Source: Eledone cirrhosa (taxonomy: Eukaryota). Taken from it: DNA of 64,000 nucleotides. The position numbers were made by a program, and so were the translations under genes. The stretch covers positions 333,126,001 through 333,190,000 of the forward strand of contig OZ024740.1 in NCBI GenBank assembly GCA_964016885.1. Reading direction: 5' to 3'. Positions 42,202 through 55,134 of the stretch are shown here, in pieces. Each line of letters opens with the position of its first letter. Position 1 is the first letter of the stretch. The notes below the pieces were generated by a model. It had not been told where the DNA came from. It was given only the letters and a program-made list of their open reading frames with translations, and searched no databases.

Positions 42202-43389
42202 TTATATATTTATACCCGGTGCTTCATTTACAAGTTGTCCGCGGTAAGTATATAATTCTTGTAGAGATGTGTGTTTGAGTATAAATTTAAATTATGTGAT
42301 ATGAATATATATATATTTTGTATGTTAAATTTGATAATGGACATTTTTTTCAGATACAATACTTATCAGGTGCAATTACCTTGATATTTATATTCATGTT
42401 ATAGCAATATTTAAAAATATATATATAAATAATCAGATTTGATTAGACATAAATGTTATCATATAATCATATTTATAAACAGCATACACAAACAATTTTT
42501 TCCATACAACACCGATTCTCTGAAAAATTATTTTATTTTTCATAACAAACGCAGACGATTTTGTTAGCTCCCATTGTCACATTTATTATCTCGCGCAACA
42601 GTTTAATAGAATTTGACTAACAATAGAATTTGCTTTCCATCTATGAAAGAGTCAAGGAATCTGTCACGTTTTAAAAAAAAAAGTAAAACAATCTGGTTGA
42701 TTTGTTTTCATATTACTTATAGTTATTTATGTTGGTATAATTGAACCCATACGGGGATAAACTCTATATTCACTCATTTTACACAATAAATCAGCTCCTA
42801 CGGAATTATAGAACACAATGTTTGCCTCATCCATCAGAAGAACAAGGAAAATATTTCACAATATCTTCCTGGTGTAGGTTTAGAATGAAATGTTTCCACT
42901 TGTTTTTCAATATACACAAACGCACAGAGCCACACACACGGACGCACACATATACGTACGAGACATTGCTGAAAAGTTGTTGCCTTCATGATATCTTGAA
43001 AGGGTACAGCTGTTACCTTCCCATGGGAGGTAGGGCTGCTGAAAATATTGTGCTGAAAACTTTCAGCACCCCCTCGTATGTATGTATATATATATATATG
43101 TGTGTGTGAGTGTATGTGTATTTCCATCTAAACATAGCTACACTTCTTCCATTTCTGCCTATTTTCCACTTTCACTTCCTCTTTCATATTTACCTTCAAA
43201 TCAGCTTCTACCTATATATAATCTTATAAAATCACACTCCATCTCCCATCTCAATACCCATCCCACATAAATTCTCTAATAAATATACCAACCAATTTTG
43301 TCTGATTTCCGTGATGATTTCAAATTTCTCTTCCTGTAGAAGTCATATTTAGCGATACCTTCCTGATACCCATCGGATATCCATCCATT

Positions 43390-44365
43390 ATATATATATA
43401 TATCAACTAGAAATATATTGATATATATATGTAATAAATATATGAAACAATCACAGGGAATAATTTGTAAAGAATGTAAGCACACATAGCTAGGTAGGTA
43501 ACTAATTAAAGTTTAACTAGAACTTCAAATATAGATACATTTTAAAATGATTAATCTCTTTTGTATATATTTCTTTAAGTAAGAAATATATTTCACCAAT
43601 TAATCCGTAAAACACAGTAGTCAAATACTTGGATGTTCACCAAAGGAGAAGAAGATAACTATCTGCGTTTACAAAGCAAATGCAAATCTGTGAATGACTC
43701 GAACCACGTGTTGCATTTTTTTTAAAAATACACACATTGTACAACGTCATCCCAGTGGCGTGAATAGGACCATCGACAGCCAGAAATAGCAGCCGAGTCT
43801 ATTCAACTGAATTAGCTCAACAATCAAGAGGCCGTATATATATCCAAACTTAAAATTAAGGGGTGTCATGTCAGTGAAACACGAGCCATATCCACTGTAG
43901 AATAGGCTCAAAGATTCCAATGAATAGATCTGAGCATTACATATCAACTAGAAATAGATTGACATATATATATATATATAAAATAAACATATGAAACAAT
44001 CACAGGGAATAATTTGTAAAGAATGTAAGCACACGTAGCTAGGTAGGTAACTAATTAAAGTTTAACTAGAACTTCAAATATAGATACTTTTAAAATGATT
44101 AATCTCCTTTGTATATATGTCTTTAAGTAAGACATATATTTCACCAATTAATCCGTAAAAGACAGTAGTCAAATTCTTGGATTTTCACCAAAGAAGAAGA
44201 AGATAACTATCTGCGTTTATATCTGTGAATGACAATCTATCTGTGAATAACAATCTATTTCTAGTTGATATGTAATGCTCAGATCTCTTCATTGGAATAT
44301 TTGAGATTATTCTACAGTGGATATGGCGCATATCTCTCAGACATGACAACCCTTAATTTTAATTT

Positions 44366-44370
<5 letters not shown>
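43390..44370. repeat. Compound direct (~280 bp x2) plus inverted (~120 bp) repeat
   Basis: 43400-43670 matches 43942-44220; 43845-43961 is the reverse complement of 44251-44367. Confidence 0.85.
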
Positions 44371-44413
<43 letters not shown>

Positions 44414-44417
44414 TCTT

Positions 44418-44524
<107 letters not shown>

Positions 44525-44601
44525 TTCTCTCTCTCTCTCTGTCTCTCTATCTATCTATCGATATATATATATATATTAATATATATATATGTATATATAT
44601 A

Positions 44602-44958
44602 TAAAGAGGAAGATGCGAAGTTGAAGTTGTTAAGGTTTTTTTTATTAATTGAGCTGTTATTCATATTTCAATTACAATATATATGGTGGTTTCCTCAGAC
44701 AGCAAAAATCAATTAAAATGTAACATTTCCGAGGCGGAAGAGAACGAAGAAAAAAAATGTGTGTTCTTGCTCTGAGTGTCCGCTCCATTTTCAGAGCAAA
44801 AGCACACATATTTTTAGTCTACATATAATTGTCTCGGAAATGTTACCTTTTAATCAATTTTTGGTGTCTGAAGAAATCAGGATATCTATCATTGAAATAT
44901 GTATAATGGCTAAATTAATAAACGACCCTAACATCTTCAACTTCGCATTTTCCTCTTT
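44602..44958. repeat. Fold-back element with ~130-bp arms, each carrying an HHR motif
   Basis: Minus arm: GCTGT-CTGAGGA-...-GAAA-TATGAA-TA^ACAGC (44653-44703); plus arm: ggtgt-CTGAAGA-...-GAAA-TATGTA-TA^atggc (44863-44910). Confidence 0.8.
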
Positions 44959-45039
44959 ATTAATATACTCAGTCATCGTTGTTTTTGGGGGGAGTGATAT
45001 GACATTGAGTCCCAGAAGTGATCTGCATCTTTGTATACC

Positions 45040-45252
<213 letters not shown>

Positions 45253-45313
45253 TGTATATATGATATAATTATATCTGTATAAGTACAGAGTGGACAGAGG
45301 AGATTGCACTAAA

Positions 45314-45375
<62 letters not shown>

Positions 45376-45378
<3 letters not shown>

Positions 45379-46410
45379 TTAGTTAAGCAAAACAAGACCA
45401 CACATTTCCCAAGGAAGACAATATTTAAAGATTATCAACATAGTTGTATTTTAATGTAGGGAATCTAAAGAATAATAATTATAATAATAATAATACTGAT
45501 AATAATACTAATAATGTCTGTTTACAATTGTTTCGCTACTCCATATAATGTTTCTGGATTAAATAATTATAGACCATTATTGATCTGGTTCAGTTGAAGA
45601 TAATTAACTTAGGTAACATTCGAGCTGTTCATCGGAACTTCAAAATGAATATAACTTCAGGTAAACTCTGTCTTACCGAAGCCTATTACATAACTCTATC
45701 ACGACCTCTACCGATTAATGTTACAACGGAGGTAACTATTAGCTGTCAACATCGAAAGGCTAATTCCTTCGCCAACAGAATATTTGACCCAACATAGTCA
45801 TCTAATCCCACTTTTTCTTATAGCTAACATGTTAAATAGTTATAGCTAACTATAGATAATTATAAGTTACATGCCTTATATTGTCTCTCATTTAAACTCA
45901 TTAGCACTTCTTAACTATAAACCACCTACAATTTCTAATTTCTCGAGGAGTTACCTCCCCTGAAACCAGCCTCTAATTAGTAAGATAAATATTCCTTTGG
46001 CGGCGATATTGTTACCCATAGGCAGATCTCGCATAATACATCCTCGACAGAAGAATATTGCTCGCCTATGGCAGACAATAGATAGACACAGGACACCATC
46101 GTGAAATACCAATATATGGAATATTACATTCATGTAACCATCTTTCTTTACCTTAATTTATATTCCTTTTGAAGTTCCGATGAACTGCTCCAATTTTACC
46201 TAAGTTAATTATCTTCAACTGAACCAGATCAATAATGATCTATAATCATTTGATCCAGAAACATTTTATGGAGTAGCGAAACGATTGGAAACGGACATTA
46301 TTAGTATTATTATTATTATTCTTTATATTCCTTATATTAAACTACAACTATGTTGACAATAATGTCTTACTTGTGAAATTTGTGGTCTTGTTTTGTTTAA
46401 CTAATGAATA
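45376..46410 (+). mobile_element. Heavily 5'-truncated PLE (GIY-YIG C-terminus + 3' pLTR) with an inverted pLTR at its 5' end
   Basis: KLCLTEAYYITLS..PIN..EVTISCQHR; 45376-45645 is the reverse complement of 46167-46410; homologous to 49487-50300. Confidence 0.85.
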
Positions 46411-46570
46411 TTTCCAGCTCTGTGCACCTAACTTCTGCATGAACCCAGCCACCTAGCTGCCTTCCACTGCATATTGCACATTGAGCACATGCCTTTACGC
46501 TTTTGGCTTCTAACTAATTCACCAATCTCTCTTCTCCTCTCCTATCTCCATATCTATCTTTAAGATTGAA

Positions 46571-46862
<292 letters not shown>

Positions 46863-46883
46863 ATATATATATATATATAAAAC

Positions 46884-47074
46884 AAAGGAATTGTGGTAAG
46901 GAACCAGATGGACCATAACGCACCAGAGTACTCAATACTTAGGGTAGTAGAGTGGGAAATAGGAAAAAGTATGACCCCGACGACAGAGCTCAAGACGTTT
47001 CGATGGCTATTTCAGTCCGGAAATAGCCGTCGAAACGGCTTGAGCTCTGCCGTCGGAGTCATACTTTTTCCTAT
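46884..47074 (+). repeat. Palindromic mini-element, copy 3
   Basis: Same arm and hairpin as 21659 and 22750; (TA)n on both sides. Confidence 0.88.
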
Positions 47075-48037
47075 ATCTATATATATATATATATATATAA
47101 TTTGTTAGCATGTAAACATGGCAAAACAAAAATTTCCCTATGAATTGAAAACATGATTAATATCGTCAGTCAAATTTTGGATTTTATTTTAAGGGCATAT
47201 ATACCTATTCGTTGCTAGTATTATTCTGAAATGGACACACTAATTTTCCTGCATGTTGCGCTTTATATACCGAACATCTCCAGCAAGTGAACATCATGCA
47301 AACGTCCACATGGGCTTCCCGTGTTTATTAAATATAAACGTATATACACATATATAGACATATACGTTTATATATTCACCTCTATTATCTTTAATCGCTG
47401 TCGTAGTGTATCGCCAATTCAGTATAACCAGCCATGTATAACACTGTATAGAAATGATCTGTTCCATCCGATGTTATCCGAGTTGCTATATACAAATAAG
47501 TATCTCAATAAAATGATCATCACACAACATTCTCTATAGATTATAATCTATTTTATGACAGTACATTTTGAGTGATTTCCCCTGATAAAAGTTAACGAAT
47601 CTTTTTACTCCGCGCTATCTGACATTCTCGGGGCATACTGGCAACCCGGTAGTATATTCACAAGGAAAACAGAGAAAACATTATTTTTCGTTTCGTTTCG
47701 CCTGCGCAGACCAGTGGGCGTGAATTGGTACTCTCAGGGGAACGGATGAAGAACCCAAAAGCACATACTTCGTCCGTTCCCATGTCGATTCAATTTGGAT
47801 TGCCTCGGAAACATAACCTTATTATGTAACAAGCTGTCTGATGATGTCGCGAGACTGGCACACAGAACAGTGCGGCCACTTTCGCCATTGAAATATATAT
47901 CACAGCATTATTATTAAAGAACTTGAACATCTGAAACTATTTCGCTTTTCCTTATTTGATATTTACTCAGTCACTCCTATGTGGAATGTGTACGTTGAGT
48001 GCTGGATTTGAATTGCATCAATATTTATCCTAAGTAC

Positions 48038-48076
<39 letters not shown>

Positions 48077-48077
48077 C

Positions 48078-48885
48078 TAATTATTTTGTTGAGCAAAAAT
48101 TTGCCAAAACTGCTACTATAGTTCATAGTAATAGTTCGGCTACTGTCTTCTTAACACCCCATTCGGAAACTATGTTTATTCCCTTTCAGAAACTAACTAG
48201 TTGGAGTAAGTAATTTAATTTTCATAATTTTCTTGTCTTTCATATAATTGTTCTGCATCCCCTTGCATTGAACCACACCATTACTAAGACAAAACCTATA
48301 TATTCGCTAGCATAGGTATGCATCTGTATATATATGTTGGTAGATATACTAATTCATTATAATTATCTCCAAACTATTTTGTTGAGCAAAAATTTGCCAA
48401 AACTGCTACTATAGTTCATAGTAATAGTTCGGCTACTGTCTTCTTAACATCCACTCCTCACTGATTAAGCTCGATGTCACGTGATTGATTCTTTTGAATT
48501 TGCCACCGACCAAGTAGGCAGTGATTTTTTCAATGTCTTGGAATTTAGTCCTCGCTTGGTTTTTTCCATCCACTGAATTATTTTTGTATAAGTTCCCTGT
48601 GTCCACGCATCGCCTGGGAACTTTGCTGAGAATTGACTTCCAGATGACGAAAAGCATTCTCCATGTTGTTCCATTCGGAAACCATGTTTATTCCCTTTCA
48701 GAAACTAATTAGTTGGAGTGAAATTTTAATAATTAAGTTAATTTTTATAATATTCTTATTTTACGTCTTTCATATATGTTCTGCATCCCCTTGCATTGAA
48801 CCACAGAGTTACTAAGTCAAAACCTATATATTTGGTAGCATAGGTATGTATCTGTATATATAAGTTGGTAGATATACTAATTCTT
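48078..48885. repeat. Local direct duplication; first copy lacks ~220 bp; possible old RTE 3' end on the minus strand
   Basis: 48083-48357 matches 48376-48449 joined to 48671-48885. Confidence 0.75.
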
Positions 48886-48906
48886 TATATATATATATAT
48901 ATATAC

Positions 48907-49247
48907 AATATATTAACAAATAGAAACTATATTTATTAAACCATATTTATTTCATTAAACATATTTCAAGGACACCAAGCGCTTTCATGAGATAAAATAT
49001 AATATAGATCAATTTTATAAACAAATATTGACATACGCTTAAAGAATACGACCAAGTCGGTTGGAAGCTCCCGGATAGTCATATATGGTCGCATTCTTTA
49101 AGGGTATGTCAATATTTGTTTATAAAACTGATCTATATTATATTTTATCTGATGAAAGCGCACCATAATCTGCTTTGGTGTCCTTGAAATACGTATAATG
49201 AAATAAATATGGTTTTATAAATATAGTTTCCATTTGATAATATGTTG
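48907..49247. repeat. Fold-back element with ~150-bp arms containing an HHR
   Basis: 48907-49054 is the reverse complement of 49086-49247; a related 3' fragment lies at ~4495-4565. Confidence 0.88.
49141..49205 (+). ncRNA. Type I hammerhead ribozyme
   Basis: TATTTTAT-CTGATGA-AAGCGCACCA-loop-TGGTGTCCTT-GAAA-TACGTA-TA^ATGAAATA; 8-bp stem I, 10-position stem II with one mismatch, palindromic stem III. Confidence 0.85.
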
Positions 49248-49331
49248 TATTTTTACTCCAAAAATGTGTTGAGTGTGTTATATCAGTTATAAAAATATTT
49301 GCTTGTATCCCAACAAATTAAATATAACTTC

Positions 49332-49476
<145 letters not shown>

Positions 49477-49486
49477 ATTTATATAT

Positions 49487-52400
49487 ATTCAGTAGTTAAG
49501 TAAAACAAGACCACAAATTTACATAGAAGACAATAGTCACAGAGTATCAACATTAAGTGCAGTTTAATATAGAAAGGGGATAGTAATGTCAGTTTACAAT
49601 AATTTCATTACTCCATATAATGTTTCTGGATCAATCTATGGTAAGAGAGTTATTGGTTAGTTGGTGTAGAGAAATATAAGTAACATAGAATAATATTATG
49701 GAGCAGATCTTCGGAACTTGGGGAAAGATAATGAGATTATTACTATATATAAAGCAGAAATCAAAAAAAGTTAAAATAAAAATAAAAATAAAATGGGAGG
49801 GTTACGTGTCCGTAAAGAATCCTCAGATTAGCAACTCCCTAGATGGCGCACCTTGGCACTGGAGAATTTCATGTGTATTATATAAATAAACATCAGATGT
49901 CTGTCGAGGCTGAAGGTAAACACTGGTGCCTATCACATACCAAAATGGTATGTGATAGGCAAAATGGTTATGTGATAGATATGGGTTTCAAGGGAGGTAA
50001 CTCCTTGGAGTGCCAAGAATCCCACTAGGTGCTGTAACCAAGGTAGTGTAGGGAGGTAGCTTTTAGGTATAGTTGCAGTGGGATTTGTAGCTAAGGTGGG
50101 GTAACTTATAGGTGCTTATGTGGTGGACTAATTATGCCATTAATTTGTTAGTTTTAGGGAGGTGCATGACTAAAGGATGGGCTAAGCTGCGTCGAATATT
50201 CTGTTGGCGAAGGAACTCGCTCTGCGGTGGTGGCAATTGATCACCAACTTGTTCCTGTCATTGATAGGGGGTAGCTGTGATAAAGTTATGTGATAGGCCT
50301 CGCAAGAATTTTTTCTCCCGTTAAATGCAGGAGGTCTAGCTAAGATATACCAAGCTATTGAATGTTCAATGTTGGCTAGTCTAAGGTTTTTAATGAGCCT
50401 AGTTAAAGAAGTTGAGCATCTATTGCTAGGGTCGCGGAAGGAAAATGAGTGCGCATTATAGCGAACCTTAAAGGGGTTTTATGTAGAAGCAATATAAGAG
50501 CTAGTGGATGAGGCCGTTCTAACCCTGCACCTATTTACGATATTGGGCGTAAGGCACTGGCCGTTAAGCGGTCACGCAGTGGGGTTACCGCAGTTGCAAT
50601 TACGGTTGCGATTAGTAGGAGTAGGGTTGTTTAAACTATGCGGCTGGTGTGTACTAGAGGGATTGGAGGGGGGTGTTTTGTTATTATGATGGATATTGGT
50701 ACAGCTACGTGGAGTAGTTATGGAAGGGGGGTGCAGAAGGGGGCTGAGTTATATTTTTTTAGTTTATGATAGTTGCTAAATGCGAAGTGGCTAGGTAGGT
50801 TCGGTGTAGTGGAGAAAGAGATTTTAATATTGTTTTTTTTATTAAAGAGCTTGTAATATCTATGGGGGGGGGGTATGTTTAGATAGGGTGGAGAAGAAGC
50901 GTTTACGGAAGTTGGTAGCTACATTAGATGAGAGAGGGGGCTTGATCCAGGTGATTTTTCTAGGCCTGTTGCGTCTGTGGGGTCTAACAGAGTTGGCAGT
51001 GTCATTACTAGGATTATTATTGCCAATGTGCTTGCTAGTGGTCGGCCTATTATCATTTCTTAATCTAGGGTTGATTCTGAATCTGCTACTAGGAGTAGGG
51101 AGTTGGCCTCTGCCACTATTACGATTAGCTGTATAGGTATTGGTAGGCCTAGAATTCCGGCAAATCTGGCTAAATGCTAATGTGTTTCTAATTCTAGTGT
51201 TATAGTTATTGGAGTTGTGGTGCAGTTCTGTGTTATGGCCCTTAGGTATGTAGTAGATAGACTGTGTATAACCAGATTCAGAAAGGGCCTTATTATAATA
51301 TGCCGCATGGGCATTTAATATCTCCCCATTGGCATGTAGCAAGGACATCCTATATGAAATAGAGTTAATGACCGCTCTGATGACTGCCGGTGGGTGGTTA
51401 GAGTGCGGGCTAATATAATTAAGTATTTCACCTGGCTTATGATAAGGGTAATAGAGGTTGTTAGTATGATCAAGGGTGACATCAAGGAAATTCACTACCT
51501 CCTGATTAGTTTCGATAGTAATAGATAGACTGTTACTTTTAAAGAATCTGTGTAGTTGTTTTTTGAGCAATTCAATGTCACGATCCGTGCGATTGTGGAC
51601 CGTAAATAGGGCGTCGTCCCTATATAATCCCCCTAGCAACGGTGGGATTTCAGCTCTAATGTTATGTAAGAGGTAGATTCCGACTAAGTCTGTGACTTGC
51701 GCCGAATCGCTAGAGCCCATTGTGATATCAAAGATATCCGCTCTGTCCTTTCTTGTCCAGAACGAGCCTTTGAATTCGATAATGGTCTGCCTAGTCATAA
51801 GGATGATGTCAATCTCTTTATTAGTGATGTCTGAATTAGTGTAAGCTAGGGTTAATGCTTTGTTAATCAGTGCCGTGGATATAGAAGCGTAGTAACCGTC
51901 AATGTCGAACTGGAGAAACCTCATCGAGTCCTTGGACCCAAGGTCTGAGAATCATCAGATGACTTGGCCGGTGTTAGACTACAGTTTATATGTGATAGCG
52001 TCTCGCATGCCAGGGATGATCCTATCGAGAATGTTCTTGCTGATACGACCCAAGTCAGAGGTGGTAGGGCTAATAAGGCTAATAGAAGGGTTCTCAATAA
52101 AGTTGGGTTTATGATCCTTGAAAGAGAATCTTGGTGTTGTGGGTACATATGGGTAGGTGAATCTGTCAAGATGTAAATCCTTAACGTAGGCCTGGGCTTT
52201 GCGGTTGAGTAAATTTACACTGGACGATTTAGCTTTTTTACAATTCTTATTAAGTTCCTTAAGGCGGAAAAAGTTTAAGTTTCACGAGGCATAGTATATA
52301 GATTTTTAGTTTTATCGGACATAACGTGTATGAGGTGGCTACTTTTAAAGTTTTTGATGGTTGTTGCTAATTTAATGAGAAAGTTATTATTCCGATTCAG

Positions 52401-52900
52401 CTTGTTGAATGTAATGCTCCTGATGACATTAAAGAGGTCCTTCTCAAATAGTTCCAGCAGGATGTTGTGTGGTGGGTTCTTGCAGGTGGTAAATCCATAT
52501 CTATCGGTGGTACTTCCCGCGTCGGTGGACGTTAGACTGTCGAAGTGGAAAGCTTTCCATCGTACCCTCCGGATAAATGTATTGATACTCTGTGTTACGA
52601 GTTTGAGGTAGGTCTTCTTGTCCGGGATGGGAATGGACTTCAGTGAGATCCTGAGTTCCTGTTTGCTCAACATGGTGGCTTCTAATTTTTAATAGCTCAA
52701 CAGCAGGATTCGGGTATAGACAGTTCAAGTGTAAACCAATCTTACATAGAGAGATAGAAGTAGGATAGGAGAGATTGGTGACGGTGTCAGAAGCCAAACA
52801 TTAAAAGCGGGGGCTCGATGTGGAGAACAGTTGAAAACTGGATTCATGCTGGGATTAGGTGTACAGAGCTCTTACAAGCAGTAAGAAAGAAACAGACGGG
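49487..52900 (-). mobile_element. Near-full-length Penelope-like element (Hydra-like type), disrupted RT + GIY-YIG
   Basis: SLKSIPIP N-terminus, SDKTKNLY, RLISPTTSDLG, FLQFDIDGYYASI, FDITMGSSDSAQVTDLVG, GLYRDDAL, VNFLDVTL, SNHPP, CNCGNPTA*PLNGQC, FKVRYNAH; 3' pLTR ends at (TA)n; 5' boundary approximate. Confidence 0.9.
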
Positions 52901-53209
52901 TCACAGCGGAGGAAAATATATATGTGAAATTTTCTCCTTTCTCTGGATCTCTCACTTTCTTTTTACCCCCTCTGCCAGTCACTCTCTCTGTTAGCTTCTT
53001 CCTCGCACTTTCACTCACTCACTCTCTGCTACTCCATCTCCATCACTTCCTCCCGTTTGACCTGTGCAAAATTCTTTCGTCGCTCACATTTCGACCAGGT
53101 TGGATGGTCTTTATTCTCTCTCGTCCACGATTTCACAGAACTTATGTTTATCGATTTCAGGGACTTGACTCCTTCTTCCTCACTTTTCGTTGCATTACCA
53201 TCTTTGTTT

Positions 53210-53357
53210 GTTTATTGTCTCGCTCGTTCCCCCTATTTACGTGTCCCAACGACTTTCCTTAGCCGTTGCTCGCACCAACCAGAGGTATATGGTCTTTAAA
53301 GCTATGAAATACCAATGAAGGCTGGAAGATCACTGATGACGGACTCATTTTATTCAT
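53210..53357 (+). repeat. Dispersed repeat homologous to 12790-12940
   Basis: Direct sequence similarity; contains CTGATGA just before (TA)n. Confidence 0.75.
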
Positions 53358-53520
53358 ATATATATATATATATATATATATGTGTAGATAAGTCTACCAA
53401 AAGTTTACGGTAGTGTCCAATCCGTATGAAGAACTCAATGTAATCCGGATATCATGAAAAGAGAAGATGCATTCAAAAACTACTTTCGGTGAAAAATAAA
53501 CGGAAAACAGAGTCAAGATA

Positions 53521-53945
<425 letters not shown>

Positions 53946-53964
53946 CATTTCTATGGATCATTTG

Positions 53965-54211
53965 CACTGGATAATTGCTGGCCTTGTGCCTAAAGTAGAA
54001 ACAATTATTTAGATATACAAGGGCGGTGGATTGGCAGTATCAGTAGAGGGTCGGACGCCATGCTTTCCAGCATAGTTACGTCCCTTTACGATCTGAGTTC
54101 AAATCCCGCCGAGTTTGACTTTGCCTTTCAAACTTACGGGGTCGATAACATAATGTACCAGTAATGCACTGGGTAATTGCTGGTCTTGTGTCTAAAAGTA
54201 GAAACAATTAT
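53965..54211 (+). mobile_element. tRNA-derived SINE (54021-54211) preceded by an isolated SINE tail
   Basis: A and B boxes plus core; tail ggccttgtgcctaaagtagaaacaattatttagatataca present twice. Confidence 0.88.
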
Positions 54212-54723
54212 TTAGATATACATCCATATACTGGACACAGCAGCAGGTATAATATAGGCGATGTGTGCGTAGCACAAGAACGTGACATTGCCACATTTAT
54301 TTGCAGATGTTTCTTTATAAGCCCAAATGCGTTGGCAGTGGGACAATGTGTGCAGATTAGTCCTATTAGAATCATATATTCACAAATCTACATGCGGGAG
54401 GTTCGAGTTGCTGCATTCTTAACATGAAGAGCAACATGATTGAGTGTTTGAGCAGCCCTGGTATGGGGACGAACTGTTCAGCCATAACACATGGTAATAG
54501 TCTAGAAAAAGTGTCCTAACCAAAGTCCTTCAGTAATCAAATCGTGCAGCATCCTACAGTTGGCAGAAGATCATGATAGCCGGGAATTCCTTGAAGAGGT
54601 GACCGTCTTCTGCAAAGAAGTGGCAGCTATCAACTATGTATGTATGTATGTATGTATGTATGTATGTATGTATGTATGTATGTATGTATGTATGTATGTA
54701 TGTATGTATGTATGTATGTATGT

Positions 54724-55134
54724 TGGAGAGATGACCCCTTAGCCTTTGTCAAGGCAGAATTCTAGGAGAAGGAAAACTCTGATATAGCACCTGCAACCCT
54801 GATGGTATCCAATGATGTTGACGTGTTCTTCTTTTTGGTAAATATCATCTTGGTTAAGAGAGTGGGACTGGCTTTGTGCAGTGCCTTTGTTCACTATAAA
54901 AGCTTCACGGCACGGGCATTGCTTTATATCTGGAGATCTCTCTGCACTTGTCATCACATGGTACCATGGGCCCAGCACTATGTGTCAATAATTGTCACAG
55001 GTGTAGTGTTTGTACTAGAGTTTTCAAGTCGCTGGCTGGACTAAAAAGTCACACTCGTTCAGCGCATTAGTAGGTGTTCTCCTACATGGATATAGAGTAA
55101 TGGCCGTACTCGTAAACGAGTTGGCAGCCACCAT
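54724..55134. mobile_element. Second (inverted) copy of the 41248 repeat, inside an (ATGT)n tract
   Basis: (ATGT)n at 54636-54723 and 55133-55197. Confidence 0.8.

Noticed and set aside
53334-53415. CTGATGA at the end of the 12.8/53.2-kb repeat as an HHR
   Set aside because: Interrupted by (TA)n with no properly placed GAAA or stem I
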